DNA of 63,819 nt from Pseudomonadota bacterium. GTDB taxonomy: Bacteria > Pseudomonadota > Gammaproteobacteria > Burkholderiales > Ferrovaceae. Below the pieces are notes generated by a model that was not told the origin of the DNA, did no database searches, and worked only from the letters and a program-made list of their open reading frames with translations. Where the stretch lies: NCBI GenBank assembly GCA_021850135.1, contig JAJZRV010000001.1:1-63819 (forward strand). The letters are read 5' to 3'. Position 1 is the first letter of the stretch, and the number at the start of each line of letters is the position of its first letter. The translations under genes were made by a program, and so were the position numbers. Below are positions 9,207 through 19,129 of the stretch, piece by piece.

Positions 9207-9235
9207 GTCCGCCAATCTATGATAGATTGGCGGAC
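9207..9235 (+). terminator. perfect hairpin (14-nt arms, 1 central nt) after the phosphoesterase gene; no U-tract
   Basis: GTCCGCCAATCTAT-G-ATAGATTGGCGGAC read directly from the sequence. It lies between the stop at 9190 and the ATG at 9239. Confidence 0.3.
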
Positions 9236-9238
9236 CCT

Positions 9239-10312
9239 ATGACAAGCTCCTACAGCAAACGCTACCTGGTCGTATGCACACTGCGCATCGGGGATGTGCT
9301 TCTCACCACGCCCGTAGTTCGCGCCATCCGACTGGCTGATCCTGCCGCACGAATCGATGTGATGGTGCTGCGGGGCATGGAAGGTGTCCTTGAGGGCAAC
9401 CCGGATATTGACCAGATCAAGGTCGTTCCCCACCGCGCCGGCATGTTTGAGCGCCTGAAGGAGGCGCTCACCCTGTGGCGACGCTATGACGTCGCGCTGA
9501 CGACCGTGTCTTCCGATCGGGCGCGCTGGTACTGCTTCGTTGCTGGCAGAACCTCGGTTGGCCTGTACAACGCCCACAGTGCCTGGCTATCCACCCGGCT
9601 GCTTGGCAAACGGCTCCTGTTTGACGACATTCATACCCATACCGTCACCATGGGGCTCAAGGTTCTGGATCTGTTGAACATTCCAAAACACTACCGCGTG
9701 ATTCCTCCCACGGCAGGGGGATCAATCCCTACCCTGCTTGAACAGGGCTCCTACGCAGTCCTCCACCCCTTCCCAAAATTCAGCTACAAGATGTGGCCCC
9801 GGGAAAACTGGATTACCCTGACCCATGAACTCCACCGTCAGGGTTTTCGGGTTGCGTTGACTGGGGGGCCGGATGCCGAGGAAATGCAGTATGTGGCACA
9901 AATTGCGCAAGCCGGCAACGCCATCAACTTATGCGGCACCCTCACTCTGGCCCAAACAGCAGATTTAATCTCCCGGGCCGTCCTGTTTGTGGGACCGGAT
10001 ACCGGCATCACCCATATCGCGGCGTCTACCGGGACGCCCACTATCGCCTTGTTTGGCCCGTCAAACCCGGTCAAGTGGGGCCCCTGGCCGTCGAACCATA
10101 TTCGCGATGAAAGCCCCTGGCGGATGAAGGGCTCGCAACAGTCAGGCAATGTCAGTCTGGTTCAGGGAGAGGGGGACTGCGTTCCCTGCAGAGGTGAGGG
10201 CTGCGAAAAACACAGGAACAGCTTCAGCAGGTGCCTGGACGAGTTGTCCGTGGCCCGGGTGAACCTGGCCATACGCCACCTGCTGGATGATACGCATGGC
10301 ATTCGTCCATAA
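9239..10312 (+). CDS. glycosyltransferase family 9 (LPS heptosyltransferase-like)
   Basis: The N-terminal RIGDVLLTTP and C-terminal FVGPDTGITHIAAS..PTIALFGPS motifs are typical of GT9. ATG 9239 is preferred over TTG 9227, which lies inside the hairpin. Confidence 0.8.
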   Translation: MTSSYSKRYLVVCTLRIGDVLLTTPVVRAIRLADPAARIDVMVLRGMEGVLEGNPDIDQIKVVPHRAGMFERLKEALTLWRRYDVALTTVSSDRARWYCFVAGRTSVGLYNAHSAWLSTRLLGKRLLFDDIHTHTVTMGLKVLDLLNIPKHYRVIPPTAGGSIPTLLEQGSYAVLHPFPKFSYKMWPRENWITLTHELHRQGFRVALTGGPDAEEMQYVAQIAQAGNAINLCGTLTLAQTADLISRAVLFVGPDTGITHIAASTGTPTIALFGPSNPVKWGPWPSNHIRDESPWRMKGSQQSGNVSLVQGEGDCVPCRGEGCEKHRNSFSRCLDELSVARVNLAIRHLLDDTHGIRP

Positions 10313-11306
10313 GAAAAACAATTTCGACAGCCTGCGCCTGCTGGCTGCCACAACGGTCCTGCTCAGCCACCAGTTTGCGCTGATGGGCTTGCCCGAGCCC
10401 AAACCTTTCCCGGACACGACCTGGGGCACCTTAAGCGTCATGGTTTTTTTTGTCATTTCAGGTTATTGGGTGACGCAGAGCTGGATGGCCGACCCCCATT
10501 TGGGCCGTTTCGTTTCAAGACGGTTGTTGCGCCTGCTTCCGGGACTATGCTTTGTCGTCCTGATCTCCCTCTTCGTGCTGGGCCCCATCGTCACAGACCT
10601 GTCGTTGTCGGATTATTTTTCGAGCGGCAAAACCTGGCGCTATCTCAACAACATTCGCCTGGCAATCGTCTATGAACTCCCCGGCGTTTTCGTGGGCAAT
10701 CCCTATCCCCGCATCGTCAACGGCTCTCTCTGGACTTTGCCGGTGGAAGCGCGCTGGTACCTGGTCGTTGCCGGTACAGGGCTTCTGGGCTTCATGCGGT
10801 TCAAACACGCGTTGTTGCTGGCCTGGATTATGGGCGCATGGTTTTATGGTCGCCAAATCTCCCCGGACGGGTTGCAGCATCCTGACGTATTCTGGACTTT
10901 TGGAATTTTCTTCCTCGCAGGGATGCGTTTATCGATATCCAAACTGCCGCACCAGATCGTCATTTTGTTGGGGGTCGTTGCCCTGTTCTCTTTTTATTTG
11001 GGCGCCTGGTTTTTTGGGCTGGCCATCGCGCTGCCATTACTGGTTACCGTGATTGGCCTGAGCGCGTTTCCATTCCTTAAAGAGGTGGGGCGGCTGGGAG
11101 ATTTGTCCTACGGTGTATACATCTTCGCCTTTCCGGTCCAACAAACCGTCATCCGCTTTCTGGGGCCCACCATGACCCATGCACCGTTGCTGCTGATTTC
11201 CCTTGTAGTAACCTATGCCCTGGCGTTCGTGTCCTGGCACGCCGTGGAATCTCCGGCACTCCAGCTCAAGCGAAAGCTGCAAAGTACGAAAAAAAGCCCA
11301 ATCTGA
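10287..11306 (+). CDS. acyltransferase family 3 (membrane O-acyltransferase)
   Basis: 339 aa, polytopic. The AT3 N-terminal signature is NNFDSLRLLAATTVLLSHQF. The start may be 10296. Confidence 0.8.
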   Translation: MIRMAFVHKKNNFDSLRLLAATTVLLSHQFALMGLPEPKPFPDTTWGTLSVMVFFVISGYWVTQSWMADPHLGRFVSRRLLRLLPGLCFVVLISLFVLGPIVTDLSLSDYFSSGKTWRYLNNIRLAIVYELPGVFVGNPYPRIVNGSLWTLPVEARWYLVVAGTGLLGFMRFKHALLLAWIMGAWFYGRQISPDGLQHPDVFWTFGIFFLAGMRLSISKLPHQIVILLGVVALFSFYLGAWFFGLAIALPLLVTVIGLSAFPFLKEVGRLGDLSYGVYIFAFPVQQTVIRFLGPTMTHAPLLLISLVVTYALAFVSWHAVESPALQLKRKLQSTKKSPI

Positions 11307-11352
11307 CGTTATATTGGCGGTACTCTCAACATCAAAACATTTTCGAAAACTC

Positions 11353-11952
11353 ATGCCCAACCCGTCAATGATTCCTGATCGCCACTTGGACCTGGGGTGC
11401 GGTACATTGCCAAGAAATCCCTATGGCCGCAGTTCACTTTACGGCATTGACCTGCGATCCTTACCCGCCAGCGCGGGGATTACCCTTGCGGTTGCCGATC
11501 TGTGTACTGAACCCGTTCCCTTTCCCGACAATTTTTTTGGCAGCATTTCCGCCTTTGACTATCTGGAACACATGCCCCGCGTCCTGCTCAATCCTTCCGG
11601 GAGCCAGGTCGTCTTCCCCTTCATCAATCTGATGAGCGAAATTCATCGCGTCTTGTCGCCAGGCGGACGCTTCTACGCGCTCACACCTTGCTATCCAAGT
11701 CCTGCGGCCTTTCAGGACCCAACGCATGTCAACATCATCACCCCGGAAACCCATGCCTATTTCTGTGGGGATATTCCAACTGCATCCATCTACGGATTTT
11801 CTGGGCGATTCAAGCTGGTGCGCGCAGAATGGGCCGTGCATGAAGACTCGAGGAGTGCGCGGCCACTGACCTGGGTTCAGAAAGCGCGACGGCTAAAAAA
11901 ATCCATCAAAGGACAGCTTTCTCATTTTCTGTGGGAGCTTGAGAAGTACTGA
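11353..11952 (+). CDS. class I SAM-dependent methyltransferase
   Basis: The track ORF 11215..11952 overlaps the previous gene. The internal ATG 11353 gives MPNPSMIPDRHLDLGCGTLP (SAM motif I LDLGCG) and later LSPGGRFY. Confidence 0.7.
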   Translation: MPNPSMIPDRHLDLGCGTLPRNPYGRSSLYGIDLRSLPASAGITLAVADLCTEPVPFPDNFFGSISAFDYLEHMPRVLLNPSGSQVVFPFINLMSEIHRVLSPGGRFYALTPCYPSPAAFQDPTHVNIITPETHAYFCGDIPTASIYGFSGRFKLVRAEWAVHEDSRSARPLTWVQKARRLKKSIKGQLSHFLWELEKY

Positions 11953-11958
11953 ACCCCG

Positions 11959-13896
11959 TCAGGGCATCACAATCTGATGGGACTGGAGTACCCTTTTCAT
12001 GAGCAGCCTGGATCCTGCCTCCGTTAAATGGCCGTGATCGAAAGAGGTAGGGATGAGCTCTGTGGATGACGTCGAGATCAGGCACCCCAGATCGTTGCAC
12101 AATGCATCCATGGGTGACATGAAATCAATCCCGTTATCCCGTGCAAATTGACGCATCATTTCGTTTGCGGCAAATGACTGCATGTTCAGGCTTTTTACTG
12201 TGCGGTCCACGGCACCGGGCGCAAACACCTTACTGCCTACAATAGGTTGATCAATCTTGTAGGTGGGCAACTGCCCCACCAGTACGATATGCGCAATACC
12301 AAGGCCTTTTAACGCCACAACCGTGGCATGCAGCTTGTCCAGATCCAGTTGCGTCCAGTTACTGTTTTTGCGATCGTACAGTAACCAGTTTGCAGCCAGA
12401 ATGACCGTTTGCGGTTTGAGCATTCTGATCTTGTCGAGGACAAACTCGTTTACGGCCATGCAATTCTTTCTTTTGTCTATGGAGATGCCCTGAATCGGAG
12501 GGCAACTGTTGGCCGTGTATTGCGCCAGGGAAAAGCCCAGGGCCTCGCTCTGATGCCTCAACCCCTGATAGAGGGAGGCTGCGTAGGAGTCTCCCCATAG
12601 CAGCACCAACGCTGTTCCAGGTTTATCCGGGGAACGGCCTGAGCATATCTCCTTGAAGTCGCTGCCTAGGTACTGCCCCGCAGGAGCATCCAGAAAGCAC
12701 AGATTCTTCCGATATTCCCGACCTGCATCGTAATGAAAGTGCAGCACCTTTTGATTGGCGGCTCTTTCTGGAAACCCCTCGGCCCGATCGGTCAGCTTTC
12801 CCGCCATCACCAACGCGACCAGCGATATCAGCAACGTTGCCACCACCGGCCGACCGGGCAATCGCCAGCGGAGTGGTTTCTCCACAAACTGGTAGGTCCC
12901 CCAGGCCAGTAAAATGCTCGTCCCCACCACCAGCACACGCTCCAGCAACGTAGGATCCCCAAGGGTATGGATGCGGACAAACACCAGCAACGGCCAATGC
13001 CATAGATACAATGGATAACTGATGAGGCCAAACCATACCAGCATCTTCCTGGACAGGAGATGCCGGTTTAGCCAAGCCGCTGGACCTGCAGCCATGAGCA
13101 GGAAGGTTCCCAGTGTAGGGAGCAAGGTCACCCACCCTGGAAAGTCACTCCGCGGGCTGATGAACAGAAAACCGGAAAGTAGCAGCAAGCCTCCTGCGGA
13201 TGACAGCCACTCCGGCTTTTGCGATAGCGCCTGGGGTTTGTGCAGATTCAGGTACGCCAGCGTGCCACCGATCATGAGTTCCCAAAATCGCGACAGGGGG
13301 GAGTAGAAGGCCACCGCCGCATCACTACCCAGTGTATTGATGTCGAAGGCAAAGGAGCTTGCCGCAACCGCCAAGGTGATCAGCAGGAAATTCCAACGGC
13401 GCTTCCAGACCAGCCCCAACAACAAGGGCCAGAAAACATAAAACTGCTCCTCCACCGCAAGGGACCACAAATGATGGAAAGGATCGATTTCGCCGGAGGC
13501 ATCGAAGTAACCCGACTCCCTCAACAGCGCAAAGTTGGACAGAAAAGCCGCCCCAGAAAACAGGTGCTTGCCCGATAGTTTGAAATATTCGGAGGGAAAC
13601 ATGAACCAGCCCAAGACAAAGCTGGTCACCAGGGTCAAAATCAGCGCCGGAAAAATGCGTTTGATCCGGCGTGCGTAGAATTCTGCATAGCTGAAGTGCC
13701 CCTCCTCCAGATTTTCGAAAATAATGGTGCTAATCAAAAACCCGGAAATCACAAAAAACACATCCACCCCGATGAACCCCCCCTGGATCCAGTCCGGGAA
13801 TGCATGAAACCCCACCACGGACAGGATTGCAATGGCTCTCAGGCCGTCAATGTCGGTGCGGTACTTGGGATGGCTCAGATACGAAGGCGGGGGCAT
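11959..13896 (-). CDS. OafA-like O-acetyltransferase (AT3 membrane domain fused to an SGNH/periplasmic domain)
   Basis: 645 aa. N-terminal IDGLRAIAILSVVGFHAF AT3 signature with about 10 TM segments. The C-terminal soluble domain carries LLWGDSYA (GDS-type). Confidence 0.8.
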   Translation of the reverse strand: MPPPSYLSHPKYRTDIDGLRAIAILSVVGFHAFPDWIQGGFIGVDVFFVISGFLISTIIFENLEEGHFSYAEFYARRIKRIFPALILTLVTSFVLGWFMFPSEYFKLSGKHLFSGAAFLSNFALLRESGYFDASGEIDPFHHLWSLAVEEQFYVFWPLLLGLVWKRRWNFLLITLAVAASSFAFDINTLGSDAAVAFYSPLSRFWELMIGGTLAYLNLHKPQALSQKPEWLSSAGGLLLLSGFLFISPRSDFPGWVTLLPTLGTFLLMAAGPAAWLNRHLLSRKMLVWFGLISYPLYLWHWPLLVFVRIHTLGDPTLLERVLVVGTSILLAWGTYQFVEKPLRWRLPGRPVVATLLISLVALVMAGKLTDRAEGFPERAANQKVLHFHYDAGREYRKNLCFLDAPAGQYLGSDFKEICSGRSPDKPGTALVLLWGDSYAASLYQGLRHQSEALGFSLAQYTANSCPPIQGISIDKRKNCMAVNEFVLDKIRMLKPQTVILAANWLLYDRKNSNWTQLDLDKLHATVVALKGLGIAHIVLVGQLPTYKIDQPIVGSKVFAPGAVDRTVKSLNMQSFAANEMMRQFARDNGIDFMSPMDALCNDLGCLISTSSTELIPTSFDHGHLTEAGSRLLMKRVLQSHQIVMP

Positions 13897-13913
13897 GACG
13901 CTGGCAATCAGAA

Positions 13914-14699
13914 TCAGGATTGATAATGACGAAGGTCGAATCCGTCCGGAAGGAATTTTGCCTCCAGATGCGCCGATGCCGAGGGCAGGGGAACCCCCAA
14001 TGTGCGCTTCCGGAAGCCTGCCACCCTGGCCAGATGAGCGACTGTCTGACGCAATAGCAGTTTGAATTTAAGTCTGCCCCCATTGAAGCCGGGTTGGGTC
14101 AAAAATATCCAGTCATAAAAATCCTGAAGCTTGGGTCGCAGCTTCAACTTGCCAAGCCACACCCATCGGTCTTCCCGCAGTGTGCCGACGCGGCAGGCAA
14201 ACGAATGTGTGGTGGAATTGGTGGTCCTCCACAAAACCTCACGCCCCTTGAAAACCTGCGTGGGCTCCGACAAGCACTCGTCATTGACGTAAGGGTTCCT
14301 TCCCTTTCCAAAAACGCCGTATTTATCGGGATGGTCATACAGGGTGACATAGTCGAAGACATTCAACCCTTCTTCCAGAATGCCCCCTGCCTGCGGAACG
14401 TGCAGGTAATCGTCTTCGATGAAATAAACGATGTCAGCATCATCCAGCTCATTCAACGCCAGGTTCACGAGATGGTAGAAAGCGGGGGTCTGGCCAAGAT
14501 GGGTCACTTCGAGTCTGTAAAAATTTTTACGTGAAAGCAGCGCCACAACCGCTTCGTCGCAATGATCTGCAATGCAGATCATGCGATACCCGGGAAATGA
14601 AGCCAGAAGATTGTCCAGGCAATCCAGCTTGGAGAACCCCGCGATTCTGGGTTTGGCATTGATCCGGCTGGAAATTCTGTAGAGCAGGTATTTGTTCAT
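13914..14699 (-). CDS. hypothetical protein, possible GT-A-fold glycosyltransferase
   Basis: 261-aa ORF in an operon context. The only recognisable motif is an acidic DXD-like IVYFIEDDYLH. No confident family assignment. Confidence 0.5.
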   Translation of the reverse strand: MNKYLLYRISSRINAKPRIAGFSKLDCLDNLLASFPGYRMICIADHCDEAVVALLSRKNFYRLEVTHLGQTPAFYHLVNLALNELDDADIVYFIEDDYLHVPQAGGILEEGLNVFDYVTLYDHPDKYGVFGKGRNPYVNDECLSEPTQVFKGREVLWRTTNSTTHSFACRVGTLREDRWVWLGKLKLRPKLQDFYDWIFLTQPGFNGGRLKFKLLLRQTVAHLARVAGFRKRTLGVPLPSASAHLEAKFLPDGFDLRHYQS

Positions 14700-14709
14700 C
14701 CAGGAATTC

Positions 14710-16623
14710 TCATCTCAGGTGGAGCGTCGCTTGGGCTTTTTCCCATCGAAGCCTCTTGTATAAACTCTTTGGCGCTTCCCGGGCGAGCGCCTTCATTCTC
14801 AGAGCAATGCGTTCTGTCAGCTGTTCGACCGGATAACCGGACTCGATCAAACACTGGTACAGCCGCAAAGTTTCCAGGTTGCCCTCTCGCTTATGGGGCA
14901 ATGCAACCTCGGGATAACGTCCGGTAAACAGGTCGCGGTTGGCGCGGATCAGACGTTTTGTCGTCTCGGATTGCTTGAAGCTGCCTCCGCCCTGATGATA
15001 GACAAAGGCATCCTCGCACATCATCAAACGATACCCCGCATGGCGCGCCTTGACGCTGAAGTCGAAGTCCTCGTAGTAACCCAGCCCGTAGATGGGATCG
15101 AGCCCCCCCAGGGCAGTCCACACCGCCCTGCGAATGGCCACGCAGAAAAAATCCAGGCGATACAACGGGAGCAGGCGTTTTATGGGAGATTTGTGAAATA
15201 TTGCTGCAGCAGCCAGTATCTGTTCCCGGGTCCCCTCCATAAAATAGCCCTGCGCATTGCCCGCCTCATTGGTAATCGGTCCCACCGCGGCAATGTCCGG
15301 CCCTGCAGCAGCCAGGGCGCTGGTTAGATTACCCAGACTGCCTGGCAGGAAAATCGTGTCGTTGTTGACCAGAAGCAGCCATTCACCGGTACCCTGTTGG
15401 GCCGCGTAGTTCATGCCACCCGCAAATCCCAGGTTTTCAGGCAGGCATTCATATTCAAGCCTGGGGTGCCGTTGCGCGTACTCCCTGATATCCGCAGGGC
15501 TGGCGTCTGGAGAGCCATTGTCCAATAATTTCACGCGGATTCTTGAAGTGTCGCATTGCGCCCACAATGAATCGAGGCAGCGTGCGCCCGTCGTCCCGAA
15601 ATTGCGATAGTTGAGAACGATGAGGTCCACCGTGGGAAGCGGCTTGCCCGTCTCGATAGGGGGCGCGATTCTTGCCATGTTGGGACGCCGCGCTTTTCGC
15701 CCCAAGAGCCGATCCACCTGCGAAGGATCCAGCTCGAGCATGCGCGCCTTTTCATCCATCACCCCATAGGTGATCAGGACCCGATCGTCCTGGGCGGCCA
15801 ATCCGGCACAAAATTCCACGCCTTCCACTTCAAATTGAAAGGGCTTTGACTGCGCCTTGATGTTGAAATGGCGATCCAGCAAGATCATGCGGTGGAAAAA
15901 CAGCACTTTCTTTTTCTGGTATTCCGGATCGCGCGTCACGTATTTCTGGATCAGGCGCGACGTCAACGGCGCACGACTTCTCTGGTGGGTAATGGCGAGA
16001 TAGTCGCTTCCCCATGGAATGACCTGGGAAGAGCCGGATACCATGGTGCCCGAATTCGTGGGCGTGCCGGCGCCTCCGCGAACACGAACCAACCTGCCTG
16101 CATCGTAACGGTATACCTCGAGGGGCTGCGTTGAATAGACCAGGAACAATGTGTCATCCATGACCCAGGGCATCCAGTTCTTTTCCCGGGAACAGCGGTG
16201 CGGCGAAGGCAGCACCACCGGATTGCTCAGGCGATCACCATCGATCTGTGCCAGCAACATGGTATTGACATACCCTGACGCGCCGCGTCGCAGCCCTGTA
16301 AATAGCACCCATTGCCGGCCTGACCAGGCGAAAAGGCGACCGTCCTCAAGACCGTTTCGCGCCTCCGGACAGCTTTCGAGGATGGCACGGTCCTGGAGCC
16401 TGATTCTGGATTGGGGCAGAAAGTCCCTGTCATATTGAATGAGCCAGTTTTCGCTGCTGCGGTAGGGTTTGTCCAAACCGGAATAGGGGACAGGATCCAT
16501 CGCCCGCACCAAGACCAACCAGCCGTTTTCGACGCGTGCGACGGATGGATTGCACACGGCAAGGGGGGTGGGCACCTCAATGGCCGTGGGGATACACTTG
16601 AACAGATCAACGAGCGTTGTCAT
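14710..16623 (-). CDS. two-domain protein: N-terminal beta-propeller-like (GH130/COG2152-like) domain fused to a GT2 glycosyltransferase
   Basis: 637 aa. The C-terminal half has GT2 motifs (DLIVLNYRN, LLDNGSPD, LLLVNNDT). The N-terminal ~320 aa carries CNPSV, GLEDGRLF and EKNWMPW motifs reminiscent of glycoside-phosphorylase/propeller folds. The start overlaps the ligase stop (ATGA). Confidence 0.7.
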   Translation of the reverse strand: MTTLVDLFKCIPTAIEVPTPLAVCNPSVARVENGWLVLVRAMDPVPYSGLDKPYRSSENWLIQYDRDFLPQSRIRLQDRAILESCPEARNGLEDGRLFAWSGRQWVLFTGLRRGASGYVNTMLLAQIDGDRLSNPVVLPSPHRCSREKNWMPWVMDDTLFLVYSTQPLEVYRYDAGRLVRVRGGAGTPTNSGTMVSGSSQVIPWGSDYLAITHQRSRAPLTSRLIQKYVTRDPEYQKKKVLFFHRMILLDRHFNIKAQSKPFQFEVEGVEFCAGLAAQDDRVLITYGVMDEKARMLELDPSQVDRLLGRKARRPNMARIAPPIETGKPLPTVDLIVLNYRNFGTTGARCLDSLWAQCDTSRIRVKLLDNGSPDASPADIREYAQRHPRLEYECLPENLGFAGGMNYAAQQGTGEWLLLVNNDTIFLPGSLGNLTSALAAAGPDIAAVGPITNEAGNAQGYFMEGTREQILAAAAIFHKSPIKRLLPLYRLDFFCVAIRRAVWTALGGLDPIYGLGYYEDFDFSVKARHAGYRLMMCEDAFVYHQGGGSFKQSETTKRLIRANRDLFTGRYPEVALPHKREGNLETLRLYQCLIESGYPVEQLTERIALRMKALAREAPKSLYKRLRWEKAQATLHLR

Positions 16624-17831
16624 AAGGGTAGGAGTATTCCTGCCGAAAGCACCATGGCATAGCCTTCAGTAAAATCCAGCAGATACGAATTGAACAGGCA
16701 GCCCACCGCAAAAACCACCCATTGCCCCCGAAACAGGATCCCGATGGCAGCCGGCTGCCCAAATGTGGTTCGCAATGTCGTCACAAAAAATAGCAAAATG
16801 GCAGTCAGTCCCAGCCACCCCAGTTGAACCGCCCACATCAGAAACTCGTTGTGAAGGTTGACTGTAGGCACGCGGGCCACTTCCGTTTGCGCCTTTGCCG
16901 CCAAAGCCGCCGTCTCCACGGTGACCGCCCCCGTTCCATATCCTGCCCAGGGCCTCTGTGCGATCAATTCGGCGCTCTTGCGGTAGAATTCGACGCGGAT
17001 TCCCTGCGAGGTGGGAACGCCGGTTTCGCGCGACTGCTGGATTTCCCTGGCCACAGATCCCAGCATGGTCGTGGGTCTGGAGGCAACCCAAAGGGTTGTT
17101 CCCAGAATGAGGATCACCGAACTTGCCACGATACTCCAGTAAGCCCTGGATGACGGGCGCCAGCAACGCAATCCCTCCCAGATGGCCCACAGGGCAATCA
17201 CCGGCAGGATTGCTTTGCCGGTCTTGCCGACCATGACCCAGGCAATATCCAGGGCCGTAAACAACGCCATGCCCGCAAGCACCAATTTCAGGATCCAGGA
17301 TCTCGTATTGAAGGCCAAGCCCACGCATAGGGCAATCAGAACGGCAAACAGGGTGCCCTGGGAAATATGCATCTTGAAAACGGCGTCTCCGGGTGGGCTG
17401 CCATAGGCCGGGTCACTGATGTGCGTCCAGCCCAGAAACTCGCTCCAAGAGGCCAAAACAGTCAATGATAGGGACAGTGCCAGCAGGCTCATGGCTGTGA
17501 TGCGATGTCGGTCTTCCTGGAAAAAAGGCAGCAGGAGCGGGATGAAGACCAGCTTACGGTATTTCATGAATACGGCCAGGGCCTCCTGGGACGACCCCGT
17601 CGTGTAGAACATCCCGGATAACAGCAATCCCAGCATGGCCATCGAAACCAAAACCACCGGGTTGGCCAGCAATCTGAACGAGGCACTCCAGAATTCCCGG
17701 GACACAAGGGCCGCAATCAGCAAAAGGCCTCCGAAAAGATTGACGCCCGCCACGCTCACCGGAAGGGCCAGCAGCATGCCATAAGCCATGGCACGTACAA
17801 CGGGACCCAGTGTAGGCAGTCGCTCAATCAC
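16620..17831 (-). CDS. O-antigen ligase-like membrane protein (WaaL/Wzy_C family)
   Basis: Polytopic, with a large loop and an HNEFL motif. The track ORF runs to 18104 but overlaps the upstream GT4. GTG 17831 forms a GTGA overlap with the GT4 stop. An alternative ATG is at 17789. Confidence 0.7.
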   Translation of the reverse strand: MIERLPTLGPVVRAMAYGMLLALPVSVAGVNLFGGLLLIAALVSREFWSASFRLLANPVVLVSMAMLGLLLSGMFYTTGSSQEALAVFMKYRKLVFIPLLLPFFQEDRHRITAMSLLALSLSLTVLASWSEFLGWTHISDPAYGSPPGDAVFKMHISQGTLFAVLIALCVGLAFNTRSWILKLVLAGMALFTALDIAWVMVGKTGKAILPVIALWAIWEGLRCWRPSSRAYWSIVASSVILILGTTLWVASRPTTMLGSVAREIQQSRETGVPTSQGIRVEFYRKSAELIAQRPWAGYGTGAVTVETAALAAKAQTEVARVPTVNLHNEFLMWAVQLGWLGLTAILLFFVTTLRTTFGQPAAIGILFRGQWVVFAVGCLFNSYLLDFTEGYAMVLSAGILLPL

Positions 17832-19129
17832 TTCGGGAACGCCTCCGTGCAGGACAGAATGGCATGGACGGCCTGCGCCGTACCTATCGGAGGAAGCAAG
17901 CTGCTTTTCATCTGCCCGGCCTGCCAGTCCTGAAATATTCTGATGAACATTTCCAGCACCTCCTTCCGTTGCTCGACCTCGGCAGCATACCCCCCATGAT
18001 CCGTAATAAGCCGGGTTAACTGCGGATTGATATGCACCAGCCCGACCACAGGGCGTCCCGCCCACAGGTAGTCGTAGAATTTCGATGGAATATACTCGGC
18101 ACAATCGGCTGTCGTGCCATGCAGCAGGAGCAACCCGTCAACCTGATGCATGCGTTGCTGGATTCTTTCCCGACCCGAAAGGCGGGTCGCCGGATCCCAT
18201 TCCAGGCGTCCCTGATTCAAAAAATGTGCCTCTAGGCCATTTTCCCGAATGGCCTGCTGACCCGGACCATCGATGGGCCCGCCATAGCAGTGGATAAAAA
18301 TCCGTGCGGCCATCTCGGGGTGGGCCTTGCGAAATTCTGCAAATAATTCGACCAGGGGGCGCAGGCTTCTTACCGACGAAAGGGAACCAAAATGTCCAAG
18401 AATCAGGTCGCTTCCCTTGGAATATGTTGCCGATGCCTGGGGCGGTTCGGCCCCAGGGAGAATGACGCGTCCCCGATCACCCAACTCCGGATGCCGCCGT
18501 CTTGCGCTGGCCAGGGCCTGGTCTGTGAACCACCATGCAAGGTCAGCACTCCCACAGATCATGCCCTCCAGTTTTGCCCAGAACCTAAGATTCCTCGTGG
18601 CCGGAACAGTCCCAGGAAACAGCATTGGATCGTGAATTTCTGCAATCCAACGAATTCCTGTCAGCCGCTTTAGCCAGAAACCCGCCCAGTGCGCTGAATA
18701 AGCGCCCCCCGTTGAATAAACCAATTGGGGCTTGTCCTTCAGTATGCACAAATAACCCCGAAAAACGGCAGCCGGCATCCAGGACCATTGGCTTTGCAAA
18801 CCGATCAGGCTGCGCTCCAACAATATAAAGGGCAACAATAAAAGGGAAATCAATCCCGTAACCAGCCGATAGCGCCAGTCCCGGCCCCACTTCAGGGCAA
18901 TCAGGTGTCGCAGATCAAAACGCAATCCCGAGGGGCCCCAGGGCAGCAACTGGATGTGTTTGAAGCGTTGATCATGAGTGCCCGTCACGGCGCTGATCAC
19001 GACGGGTTCCACACCTGCAGCGATGAGGTGCGGGATTTTGTCTGTAATCGTCAGGCTGGCCGCGCGGCCATCCATGTTGAAACCGTGAGAAAGGATCAGC
19101 CAGCGCCGTGGGCTGGTTTCATGACTCAC
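17828..19129 (-). CDS. glycosyltransferase (GT4/GT1-like)
   Basis: 433 aa with the N-terminus RRWLILSHGFNMDGRAAS and a C-terminal GT-B-like half. The GTG start overlaps the ntrX stop (GTGA). Confidence 0.7.
   Translation of the reverse strand: MSHETSPRRWLILSHGFNMDGRAASLTITDKIPHLIAAGVEPVVISAVTGTHDQRFKHIQLLPWGPSGLRFDLRHLIALKWGRDWRYRLVTGLISLLLLPFILLERSLIGLQSQWSWMPAAVFRGYLCILKDKPQLVYSTGGAYSAHWAGFWLKRLTGIRWIAEIHDPMLFPGTVPATRNLRFWAKLEGMICGSADLAWWFTDQALASARRRHPELGDRGRVILPGAEPPQASATYSKGSDLILGHFGSLSSVRSLRPLVELFAEFRKAHPEMAARIFIHCYGGPIDGPGQQAIRENGLEAHFLNQGRLEWDPATRLSGRERIQQRMHQVDGLLLLHGTTADCAEYIPSKFYDYLWAGRPVVGLVHINPQLTRLITDHGGYAAEVEQRKEVLEMFIRIFQDWQAGQMKSSLLPPIGTAQAVHAILSCTEAFPK

Noticed and set aside
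16620-18104. Full-length 494-aa version of the ligase ORF, and the similar 5' extensions of the track ORFs for the PlsC-like gene, the methyltransferase, def, atpB, argS, priA and gltD.
   Set aside because: The extensions overlap the upstream conserved gene. The extra residues are non-hydrophobic and low-complexity, and internal starts give canonical N-termini and/or typical 1- or 4-nt stop/start overlaps.
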